64,000 nt of DNA from an uncultured Methanosarcinaceae archaeon (GTDB lineage Archaea > Halobacteriota > Methanosarcinia > Methanosarcinales > Methanosarcinaceae), in the NCBI GenBank assembly GCA_963833425.1, contig CAWHXP010000002.1:320001-384000 (forward strand), read 5' to 3'. The translations under genes were made by a program, and so were the position numbers. The notes beneath the pieces were generated by a model, which ran no database searches, was not told where the DNA came from, and saw nothing but the letters and a program-made list of their open reading frames with translations. This document shows positions 43,295-54,057 of this stretch, one piece after another (the stretch's first letter is position 1; every line of letters starts with the position of its first letter).

Positions 43295-44134
43295 GTTGTC
43301 CTCACCGTTAAATTCAATAATAATTAATTATTATTTTTCCAACTACGGAAGAACCATAGTGGGTATAAATTTGAAATTGATTAATTTTGTAAATGAATAA
43401 ATCTTAACCAATTTAACTTATTAATAAATCTGCTCAAGCTACAAAAACCGGTTTAAGAGTTCAGATAGGGTCTTTTATATAGGTTTTTTCTGATTAATGA
43501 GTTTCATATATATATAAGTTCTACTATTGTGAATGGTTAAGTACTTCACTAGCTGGCTCAGCTAATCAGTAAAATTCTACCATATTTTAACGAGTTTTGC
43601 AGAAAGGTAATGTTGAGCATCGATTTTTTTTTCTTTACTAGTATTCTCTCAAGTTCGAATTGGTAGAAGAATCTAAAATCTCCAGCTGAAATTTTCCTCC
43701 AGCAAATTTTATTAGCTTTTTTTGAATATGATTAGGATAGTATAATTACTGCGTTCTATTATATCCCAAATTTTACAGAATCATTAATTTATATTTATTT
43801 TTATTATAAAAGATTTATCGTATTGGCAGAATATATTTAGAAAACAAAAAAATATTGCAACCAAATATCATAAAATATAACAAATTATTCAGAATCCAAA
43901 ATTAGTTTCTTGATGCTGTTTTGAAGTTATCAAAAAATATAATTGTCAGTCCATGCAAAACGGATAAAAATGATCAATTATCCAACAATTAAAGAAAGTA
44001 AGTTTCAATAAAATCACCCACTAAACTTTCGATAAAATGGCTAATGATGTTTTTTATTCAGGATGAATAGTTCCAATATAAATTTGAACCTTATGAAGTA
44101 AACAGAAGCATAAAGTCAATTTATGCATAATATA

Positions 44135-45267
44135 GAGATTTTGGATAACCTCCATGCTCTTGAGCATGGTTGGCTTTAAATTTGTCAATATTTATGTATA
44201 TTCATGAAAACACTTACTGATTTTGCTCTTAAAAAGAGTATAAACTTCTTGAAGCTGTTGGAGATAACCTTGCTGAAATTGCTTCCTTAATTGATTGGAA
44301 AACGTTTCGTATTATTCTTGAGTCTATGTATATCAACAAATCCTTTCCAGGAGGGAGACCTGAAACTGATGTCATTGTGATGTTCAAAATGCTTGTTTTA
44401 CAACAATGGCATGTGCTCTCTGATTTTGAACTTGAGAAACATTGTATAGATCGAATTTCTTTTAGGAAATTCCTTGTATTTCCTGAATACATACCTGACA
44501 GTACTACTGTATGGCTATTTAGGGAGAGAATTATCGAGAATTTCAAAGAAAATATGGGGAAAGTTGCAAAGCCAACTTGATACTCTGGGTTTCCAGATAA
44601 AGCAGGGACTGATTCAGGATGTTACTTCTATCCATTCAGATCCATGACATGCAAAAGCAGAGAGACGAGGCAAAAACAAGAAGAATCAGAGACGGAACAT
44701 GGACAAAGAAGGGAGGTAAGTCTCATTTTGGATATAAGCTTCATAATATAATAGACAGAGATTATGAGCTGATCAGAAGATTCAAAACAACAACTGAGTA
44801 AGTACATGATTCGTATGTAGATGTGACAGAGGGAAATGAAGTGGTTTATAGGGACAGAGTATACTTTGGAGCAAAAACTAAAGGGTATAATGCAACAATG
44901 AAAAGAGCAGTCAAAGGACATACGCTGGGAATAAAGGATATATTCAGAAATAAGAAAATTAGCTCAAAAAGAGTCCCAGTAGAAGGAGTTTATTCAGTAA
45001 CGAAAGAAATTTTCAAGGCAGGAAGAGTTTTTGTTACTACTGTTAAAAGAGTAAATCTAAAAATGTTGTGTACGGCTTTTTGTTATAATCTCCATCAATT
45101 GAGGACATTGAAAATAAAAAAACTATATTGAAGATGGCGGAAGATATCTTTAAAATCAAAGAATTGAGAATAAGTAAAGCCAAAAAGAGGAATTAAATAG
45201 AGAAATTGAGGGGAAGATCTGAGAAATTACTGCTAAGAAATAAAATCCGAAGTTTATCGAAATTCTC
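44135..45267 (+). mobile_element. IS5-family element copy 4, transposase disrupted
   Basis: Both TIRs; shares rare variants with copy 3; flanks TATA/TAAA. Confidence 0.93.
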
Positions 45268-45783
45268 TAAACACTGTACTCAAAGTGCAAACTTTGTTGG
45301 TATAAAAAAATTCGACTGCGTTGTATTATAATGAATGCAGAAAAAAAATGCAACATTGGTAAATGTCGAAGAAAAAAAATAAGCGTAGACAAAATTAGTA
45401 GAAAAAAGAATAGATTTTTAAGTTAAAATTCTAATTTAAGAGCCTCACAGATAGAAAACTTATTGTATCTATACCTAAGTGGATTAATTTTTCGCTTTCT
45501 TTTATAGTCAACCATTCAATTACCTTAATAATTTTGTGGATTTTATTCTGATTTGTAAAAATGGATTCAGAAATAATGAGATTAGGTATTACTGAATTTT
45601 TCAGGAAATACTATATATGATCATGTGGTTTGACTACGATCATACCATATTTATAAACTAAAGTCAAGCTCGAATGTTATACAATTAATTATTCAAACTC
45701 TATTCAGGTCTGAGATTAGTTTAATTGAATTAATCTTCTATTCGTATTATAATTCAAGTACAATATTTGGTAAAAGGTAATCT

Positions 45784-46398
45784 TTGATGAAAATAATAGC
45801 ATTCGTAGGCATGCCAGCTTCTGGAAAATCAGAAGCTGCAAGAATTGCCACTCATATGAGCATTCCCGTTGTTAATATGGGTGATGTGATCCGGGAAGAA
45901 GTATTCCGACGCGAGCTCGAACCCAATGACTCAAATACCGGAATGGTTGCAACGGACCTCCGCAAATGTGAAGGCATGGATGCAATTGCCAGACGCTGCA
46001 TTTCTCACATCAGAAAAATGAATTCCAAACTTGTGGTTGTGGATGGTGTGCGCGGAATTGCCGAGGTGGAATGCTTCAGACGAGAATTTGGAATAGGTTT
46101 TGTTCTTATTTCCATTTACACTCCGATTAAAATTCGTTTTTCCAGAGTCCAAAAAAGAGGTCGAAGCGATGATATGGACAGTATAGAAAAACTTCGTAAT
46201 CGAGATGAGCGAGAACTTGGCTGGGGTATGGGAGAAGCTATAGAAGCATCAAATATTGAAATTGAGAACAACTTCACTCTGGATATTTTTAAAAATAATG
46301 TTGTCGAGGTTTTGAATAACTACTACGATTTAGACTCGTTACACAGCTCAAAAGATCAAATATGGAAAAACAATTCTTCTGAACAAAATTCAATTTAA
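45784..46398 (+). CDS. UPF0200 / dephospho-CoA-kinase-like P-loop protein
   Basis: IAFVGMPASGKSE, MGDVIR, VVDGVR, RGRSDD, RDERELGWG. Confidence 0.88.
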   Translation: MMKIIAFVGMPASGKSEAARIATHMSIPVVNMGDVIREEVFRRELEPNDSNTGMVATDLRKCEGMDAIARRCISHIRKMNSKLVVVDGVRGIAEVECFRREFGIGFVLISIYTPIKIRFSRVQKRGRSDDMDSIEKLRNRDERELGWGMGEAIEASNIEIENNFTLDIFKNNVVEVLNNYYDLDSLHSSKDQIWKNNSSEQNSI

Positions 46399-46450
46399 TA
46401 ATCCATTAAAATCAAGCAAATAAACTCCTTTTAGATACTGGAGCAAATTT

Positions 46451-46930
46451 ATGATACATGTTAAAATTTCAGCAGTTGTGTATCCCACCGAGGACCCAGA
46501 AAAAGTTATTCGAGCTATTTCTACTATTTTTACTGACATAGTACTCGAAAAAAAGACTATTGAGACCATCGAATTTGAGCTAGGGGATTATCAGAATTTA
46601 TTTGTTTCTGGAGAAGGAAAGCTTGATCTCTTGCTAACTCTGCATGGGCTCATTCGAAGAGAAAAGATTATAGATAGTATCCGCAATAAAGTTTTCAGTA
46701 AAAACTTATCCAGTGATGGCCTTTCAATCCGTTTCTTGCTAAACAAACAGGCTGCTTTTGTCGGTATCCCCAGTATTTCCGCTCAAAAAGAATCGCTCGG
46801 ATCTATTGAAATCGTCATCATGGCCGAATCTCTGGAAGAAATGGGAAGACTTTTAGAGTGGCTTTTGCCCATTACCGAAGGAGGTATACCGGTTGTTGAA
46901 GTGGAAATGGATTATGTGGAAAAGGGTTGA
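46451..46930 (+). CDS. UPF0201 (DUF54) putative RNA-binding protein
   Basis: VYPTEDPEKV..A, LNKQAAFVG, LGSI. Confidence 0.88.
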   Translation: MIHVKISAVVYPTEDPEKVIRAISTIFTDIVLEKKTIETIEFELGDYQNLFVSGEGKLDLLLTLHGLIRREKIIDSIRNKVFSKNLSSDGLSIRFLLNKQAAFVGIPSISAQKESLGSIEIVIMAESLEEMGRLLEWLLPITEGGIPVVEVEMDYVEKG

Positions 46931-47121
46931 AAATTTTTCTAGCTTTTAAAAATTATGTATGGCTATAATTCCTATTTTGATATAATTTTTGTATGTATAC
47001 TACTGCTCTGTTGAAGTTCGTTGAAAGGTCTCATTAAACTGACTCAATTTAGTTAACTATATATTAATTCCCACGTACTTTTAAACCTATATTGATTAAT
47101 GAAAAGGAATGAATCGTCTTC

Positions 47122-47895
47122 ATGCAATTGCAAAGAATCAGTTTTTCATCGCACGTAGCTATCGAAGATCCTTTCAAATGGGCTTATAAGCTCGAAGATC
47201 ATGGATATACTGGTTGGGAAATTTTACAGGAAGGATCACAGTGCTTAAACAGCAAGAATATCCAGAATTTGAAAAATATCTATGATACTACGGGTCTCGA
47301 ATTGACTCTACACTTGCCGTTCTCGGATATGAATCTGGCAGGTCTTAACAACTCAATCAGGTCTGAAGTCCTCAGGCAGATGAAACATTACCTTACCCTG
47401 GCTTCCAATTATATAAACTTGGCTGTAATTCACCCTGGTTATCTTTCTCATTATGGCGTACAGGTTCCGCAGGAAGCTTACCTGACTAATCTGGCATCAA
47501 TTCGAGAAATATGCGACTTTGCGGCGGATTTTGGAATCCTCATCGCTGTTGAAAATATGCCCGATTTTCCTAAAATATTCGGAAAATATCCTGATGAAAT
47601 ACTTGAGATGCTTGAATCTGTCGGGAGCCATAACGTGGGTTTTACCTTTGATGTAGGCCATGCAAACACAGTTGGGCTTGTGAATGATTTTCTGGATTTC
47701 CTTGAAGAAAAAATATCCCATGTACATATTCACGATAATATGGGTAAAAAAGATGAACATCTATCTTTAGGGAAAGGTAACATAAATTGGAAATTAGTCA
47801 TGGAAAGGCTTTCAGACTATAAAGGCATCTTTGTTACTGAGATGGGTTCGGTTGAAGAAGGAATTCAAAGCCTTGAATATTTAAGGAAGTTATAA
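47122..47895 (+). CDS. Sugar phosphate isomerase/epimerase (xylose isomerase-like TIM barrel)
   Basis: LHLPF, IHPG, AVENMP, FDVGHA, HVHIHDN..DEHL.LG.G. Confidence 0.9.
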   Translation: MQLQRISFSSHVAIEDPFKWAYKLEDHGYTGWEILQEGSQCLNSKNIQNLKNIYDTTGLELTLHLPFSDMNLAGLNNSIRSEVLRQMKHYLTLASNYINLAVIHPGYLSHYGVQVPQEAYLTNLASIREICDFAADFGILIAVENMPDFPKIFGKYPDEILEMLESVGSHNVGFTFDVGHANTVGLVNDFLDFLEEKISHVHIHDNMGKKDEHLSLGKGNINWKLVMERLSDYKGIFVTEMGSVEEGIQSLEYLRKL

Positions 47896-48131
47896 AAAGA
47901 TTATTTAATCATTTTTTTTCGATTATTTCGATTTTCGATCGCATCCCCAAGTTATTGAATAGAAATTCTGAAAGTCACGAATTCTTTTAAATTCTGCATT
48001 TGATTGATTATTCTTTTTGCACTCTTAGAGTTCTTTGGAACCATTTTTGAAACTATTCAGCTTTAATAAAGAACTATCAATAAATAATCATTACATTGAT
48101 TAAATTTGCAAATTTTAATTAGTTGATTTTA

Positions 48132-49264
48132 GAGAATTTCGATAACCTCCATGCTCTTGAGCATGGTTGGCTTTAAATTTGTCAATATTTATGTATATTC
48201 ATGAAGACTTTTACTGATTTTGCTCTTAAAGAAGAGTATAAGCGTCTTGAATCTGTTGGAGATAAGCTTGCTGAATTTGATTTCTTAATTGATTGGAAAA
48301 CGTTTCGTATTATTCTTGAGTCTATGTCTATTAACAAAACCGTTTCAGGAGGGAGACCTGAAACTGATGTCATTGTGATGTTCAAAATGCTTGTTTTACA
48401 ACAATGGCATGGGCTCTCTGATTTTGAACTTGAGAAACATTGTATAGATCGAATTTCTTTTAGGAAATTCCTTGGATTTCCGGAATACATACCTGACAGT
48501 ACTACTGTATGGCTATTTAGGGAGAGAATTATCGAGAATTTCAAAGAAAATATGGGGAAAATTGCAAAGCCGACTTGATACTCTGGGTTTACAGATAAAG
48601 CAGGGAATGATTCAGGATGTTACTTTTATCCATTCAGATCCATGACATGCAAAAGCAGAGAGATGAGGCAAAAACAAGAAGAAGCAGAGACTGAACATGG
48701 ACAAAAAAGGGAGGTAAGTCTCATTTTGGATATAAGCTTCATAATATAATAGACAGAGATTATGAGCTGATCAGAAGATTCAAAACAACAACTGCGTCAG
48801 TACATGATTCGTATGTAGATGTGACAGAGGAAAATGAAGTGGTTTATAGGGACAGAGGATACTTTGGAGCAAAAACGAAAGGGTATAATGCAACAATGAA
48901 AAGAGCAGTCAAAGGACATACGCTGGGAATAAAGGATATATTCAGAAATAAGAAAATTAGCTCAAAAAGAGTCCCAGTAGAAGGAGTTTATTCAGTAACG
49001 AAAGAAATTTTCAAGGCAGGAAGAGTTTTTGTTACTACTGTTAAAAGAGTAAATCTAAAAATGTTGTGTACGGCTTTTTGTTATAATCTCCATCAATTGA
49101 GGACACTGAAAATAAAAAAGTATATTTAAAATAGCGGAAGCTATCTTTAAAATCAAAGAATTGAGAATAAGTAAAGCCAAAAAGAGGAATTAAATAGAGA
49201 AATTGAGGGGAAGATCTGAGAAATTACTGCTAAGAAATAAAATCCGAAGTTTATCGAAATTCTC
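48132..49264 (+). mobile_element. IS5-family element copy 5, transposase disrupted
   Basis: Both TIRs; flanks TTTA/TACA do not match. Confidence 0.93.
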
Positions 49265-49605
49265 TACAATTTATTGTGTTCAAAGGAGTTGTATTTGTTC
49301 TACTACCGGTAGTAAGGCTGTTTTTCCACTAAGGGCACGTAGATCCAGCTTCATAGAGTAGCAAGATTATACACCTATTTTTATAGTCCGAATAGTAAAT
49401 ACCATTGTAGTAGTCTTCATTCTGTTTTCAACAACTCATAAACTACCGAATATTGGAGGATGCCGAATGGATATTACAAAGAAAAGATTTGTGAAATCTT
49501 TTGCTGTCGCATTACTTGTTTTTGCCATAAGTATAGATACAAGACATGGGAAGAGTCCATGATGAAAACCTCCAATGTACTTTCATACCGATTAGATAGA
49601 ATACA

Positions 49606-49694
49606 GAGGATTTCGATAAACCCCAATTTTTTGCTGGTTGCTTATAAAACCTATATAAGTAATTTGTTAAAATTGGAGGTTTCTCGAAATCCTC
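49606..49694. mobile_element. 89-bp MITE with perfect 4-bp target duplication
   Basis: GAGGATTTCGATAAACC ... GGTTTCTCGAAATCCTC flanked by TACA at 49602-49605 and 49695-49698. Confidence 0.9.
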
Positions 49695-49721
49695 TACAGT
49701 CAAGAATTTTGTCATTATTTC

Positions 49722-50063
49722 TTAATGTAGATGACTTAAATCTACAGGTGAGGGTATAAAACCAGATTTATGGCCACTTTGGGACTGTACCTTTTGATTT
49801 AATTTTTTATTATTCTGGTATTCGATAAACTTTGGATTTTCTGGTGCAAGTCCAAGTTTTGGAGGTAATTCAGTTTGATTTACAATATTTTTGTGAATAT
49901 CATACGATTTGTTTTTCTCTAAAGATCCTGTACAAGCCATCGCTATTGATGAACCTATAACCAAGAAAAGAACCAGAAATTCAGTAAAAATTATTATTTT
50001 TTTTAGTATATTTAAATCGGTTTTTATATTTACATAATTTTTCATATTTACCCCTTCTGTCAC
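49722..50063 (-). pseudogene. 5' fragment of a secreted papain-family (C1A) cell-surface protein
   Basis: Signal peptide followed by APENPKFIEYQ..GHKSGFIPSPVDLSHL, the pro-region I recall preceding C1A domains in Methanosarcina surface proteins. Stops just before a MITE; no catalytic domain follows. Confidence 0.6.
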
Positions 50064-50249
50064 TTTTTTGAGAATAATTCGTCTATTAGATGCTCTAATC
50101 TTCTCCTTATTTTATAAAATACTTTATCCGGAAATTCAAACTTTAATTCTCAAAACTCAACTAGTTTTCTAGAATTGTTCTTCAATCATAGGTTAGTTGT
50201 CTACTTTTATTCTCATTATTATTTTGTTCTTATCAGCCTTTTAATATTT

Positions 50250-51320
50250 TATTTAAACCACTCTTCTGAATTTTTCTGTGTTTAGTTGTAAACCTTAAGC
50301 TTGGATTTCATATACTTCCATTACAGCTTCATAATTTTTTTAACAACACACTTTTGTATAATCATACGCATCAAATTTGGTGCATCCTTTGCAAATATTG
50401 TACTCAAGATCAATTGCTTGTATAGCACTATCTTTTCATGCTTATTAGTAATGTTACTTATAAGATAATATATTTTTCTGCTAATGATTAATGTTGATAT
50501 TGATGTTTAGATCAGAGCTTCAATTGCCTTTTATTCTCTGCATCAAGAACACCAATTTATTATTTTATTCTCAATTCTTTGAAAAGCTCTCTAAATTCAA
50601 TTTTCCCCATTTAATTTTGTAATGTCTTTCGCATCTAAGATCTTTTTCTGAATATTTGTTACATATATTGATATATATTTTAATATCTGTGGTAATTTCC
50701 CGCTTCACTGTTATATATTGTAATAAGAGGAGTTTTCATTCAATTTTGTTTTTTCTTGCCATATATACTCTTCGTTCAATGTTATTTTCACAATGGCATC
50801 AAGATTTTTTTCTAAAAAATTGCTTTTAACTCGTTAATATGTTTGCAAGCTAACTTTTTATTTTTTGTCTTAAAAACTCCCTTCTCAACAGAAACAACAA
50901 AGGTTCGTATTCCTCAACACTTGAAACAAAATATCCACCGTTTTCCAATTCTTGTAAATATTTGATTTATTGAAAAAAACCAAAATCAACTAGAAGAACA
51001 AAGTCTTTGACCCAGTGACCTATCTTTAATACTTATCTCAGCATTTTTTTATACCATGGGTAACAAACATACGAAGAAACTTAACAAGTTCTGTATTGAA
51101 ACGATAGTCCCCGAGATTATAGCTCATTGTGTTGTCTGCCCTTTTAAATATTCTATTTTAAACTGCAAGTCTATGCTGCATACATACACCAAAACTAAGA
51201 GTTAGACCTCGAAGATGGTGATATGGTCAATTTTACGTCCAAGTATTCTAAGATCAGTTTCCTTGGATGTTTGCTAAGTTATTTTTTGCAAAACATTTCC
51301 CGAACAGGGGCTTCAAAAAT
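50250..51320 (-). pseudogene. IS4-family transposase relic
   Basis: Fragments IGHWVKDFVLLVDFGFF, ENGGYFVS, YVTNIQKKDL/DAKDI and AVMEVYEIQA..FRRV/EEWFK resemble Methanosarcina IS4 transposases. Confidence 0.7.
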
Positions 51321-51454
51321 AAATTAAGGCTGAGAAACATAGAATTCAGTCGGTTACTTATAAAAAATACATAAAATAATGATTATCTAAGATTAACCAT
51401 TGGTACATTGGGCTATCATCCGAATTCCAATCCGATGAAATGAACATAACTATA

Positions 51455-51537
51455 GAGAATTTCGATAAATCTCTAATTTTCACGAATCATTTATCTATTA
51501 TATGCCGGTGACAAAATTTAGAGATTTATCATTGTTC
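51455..51537. mobile_element. MITE (subfamily 2), right end eroded; further TIR fragments at 51773-51823
   Basis: GAGAATTTCGATAAATCTCTAATTTTCACGAATCATTT ... GAGATTTATC. Confidence 0.7.
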
Positions 51538-51949
51538 TGTAGATATATAAAAAATATAATATATTATAATACAATATAATACAATATATCGAGAAACCAA
51601 ATTGATTCCTGCGCATAAAAAATTAATACAGAATTTGAGTCACTGTATTAATATTCATAATGAATTCTAAATAGATAAGAGGATATTCATTTTTTTTCGC
51701 AGAAAATAATAAGCTTAATATGAAATAATTAGAGATTTTTAACTATTATCTATCTCTACTTACGGTAATTAAAGGAGTTCATCGAAATTCTCTCAAATGC
51801 ATAGGTGTGCATCGAAATTCTCTATAATATTGGATCTTATAGGGAAAATTACAAAAAAACAGCATCAAGATGCATAGCTGAAGTCTGTTTTCACTTTCCA
51901 GATTTCGAATTTTACGGTATCCCTAATATGGTCATTTGTCTTTTACATT

Positions 51950-52580
51950 ACACTCTTTTTTTGTATAGTTATTTGTATGGATAATCCTTAATATTCTGGT
52001 ATTTCACCATCTACTTCATTATTGATCGCGACATTTGATTCATAAGTGATGATAAGTTTTACTTTAAGATGGAACCATCTCATGCATAATTAAGGAACAA
52101 ATAATAACCTCCGTCTGCAGGACATGATTTATATGTAGCATTCTTTATTTGTAAAATTCACATGTGTTTAATAAGCTCAAGAGAATCAGAAGCAATACAA
52201 TTATTGTGAGTCATAATAACAGGATAAATACCAAACATTGTAATGTGTGCCTGATGCATTATATTTTCATAATGAAGACTGTAATAACATGCTCGTCGAA
52301 TTTTGAAGCTTCAGCTGAAGCGAAATCGATCCTATTTTATTTTTCTTGTGAAAATTTGAGGATTTTTTCACAAAGCAACGTTATTATCTCATTGATCCCT
52401 TCCTCACAAAATCTATAATTCACAAAATGATGATGAGTTCCACCTGAAAGAAGTTTTGTCTTGATTTTTCATAACATAAAAATCGCAGAATAGCTTCTTT
52501 TTCTGTTAATTGAGAAGAGGTTATATCAAACGAAAGTTTTCTGAAACATTTCACAAAAAAGATTTTTATCATACAATAAA
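51950..52580 (-). pseudogene. ISNCY-like transposase relic, cut by IS5 copy 6
   Basis: CMIKIFFVKCFRKLSF, SGGTHHHFVNYRFCEEGINEI, AHITMFGIYPVIMTH and ADGGY fragments. Confidence 0.7.
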
Positions 52581-53715
52581 GAGATTTTCGATAAACTCCA
52601 TGCTCTTGAGCATGGTTGACTTTAAATTTGTCAATATTTATGTATATTCATGAAAACTCTTATCGATTTTGCTCTTAAAGAAGAGTATAAACTTTTTGAA
52701 TCTGTTAGGGATAAGCTTGCTGAAATTGCTTCCTTAATTGATTGGAAAACGTTTCGTATTATTCTTGAGTCTATGTATATCAATAAAACCGTTTCATGAG
52801 GGAGACCTGAAACTGATGTCATTGTGATGTTTAAAATGCTTGTTTTACAACAATTGCATGGGCTCTCTGATTTTGAACTTGAGAAACAGTGTATAGATCG
52901 AATTTCTTTTAGGAAATTCCTTGGATTTCCGGAATACATACCTGAAAGTACTACTGTATAGCTATTTAGGGAGAGAATTATCGAGAATTTCAAAGAAAAT
53001 ATGGGAAAAGTTGCAAAGCCAACTTGATGCTCTGGGTTTACAGATAAAGCAAGGAATGATTCAGTATGCTACTTTTGTCCATTCAGATCCAGGACATGCA
53101 AAAGGAGAGAGATGAGGCAAAAACAAGAAGAAGCAGAGACGGAACATGGACAAAGAAGGGAGGTAAGTCTCACTTTGGATATAAGCTTCATAATATAATA
53201 GACAGAGATTATGAGCTGATCAGAAGATTCAAAACAACAACTGCGTCAGTACATGATTCGTATGTAGATTTGACAGAGGAAAATGAAGTGGTTTATAGGG
53301 ACAGAGGATACTTTGGAGCAAAAACGAAAGGGTATAATGCAACAATGAAAAGAGCAGTCAAAGGACATACGTTGGGGAATAAAGGATATATTCAGAAATA
53401 AGAGAATTAGCTCAAAAAGAGTCCCAGGGGAAAGAGTTTATTCAGTAACGAATGAAATTTTCAAAGCAGGAAGAGTTTTTGTTACTACTGTTAAAAGAGT
53501 AAATCTAAAAATGTTGTGTACGGCTTTTTGTTATAATCTCCATCAATTGAGGAAATTGAAAATAAAAAAAGTATATCGAAGATAGCGGAAGCTATCTTTA
53601 AAATCAAAGAATTGAGAATAAGTAAAACCAAAAAGAGGAATTAAATAGAGAAATTGAGGGGAAGATATGAGAAATCACTGCTAAGAAATAAAATCCGAAG
53701 TTTATCGAAATCCTC
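52581..53715 (+). mobile_element. IS5-family element copy 6, transposase disrupted
   Basis: Both TIRs; flanks TAAA/TATA do not match. Confidence 0.93.
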
Positions 53716-53719
53716 TATA

Positions 53720-54057
53720 GAATGTATTTTTTCTGAATCATATCCATTATCCATTACATAACAATCAGACTTTCTAATCTTATTTGATTGCCTTATCAGA
53801 GCATTTGCATGTTTGATTTCATTGTCTGTTTTTTGACTAATTGCTGAGTATAAACGTATTTTGAATACTTGCAGAATAAAGCTTCGGTCTCGAAGACTGA
53901 ACAGTTTCAAGACTAGTATCAACAAATTTAATGTACTTATTAAACTTCAATACTGAATGTTCCTTCATTTTTAGCGAAAAAAATAAGAAAAATATTATAA
54001 ATGAGTAGTTATACTACTATGGTGTAAAAGTTCAATTTAGAGCATTTCTACAGAGCC
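53720..54057 (-). pseudogene. Relic of a second IS5-like DDE element (internally deleted)
   Basis: HANALIRQSNKIRKSDCYVMDNGYDSEKIH motif; GGCTCTGTAGAAAT end at 54057. Confidence 0.65.
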
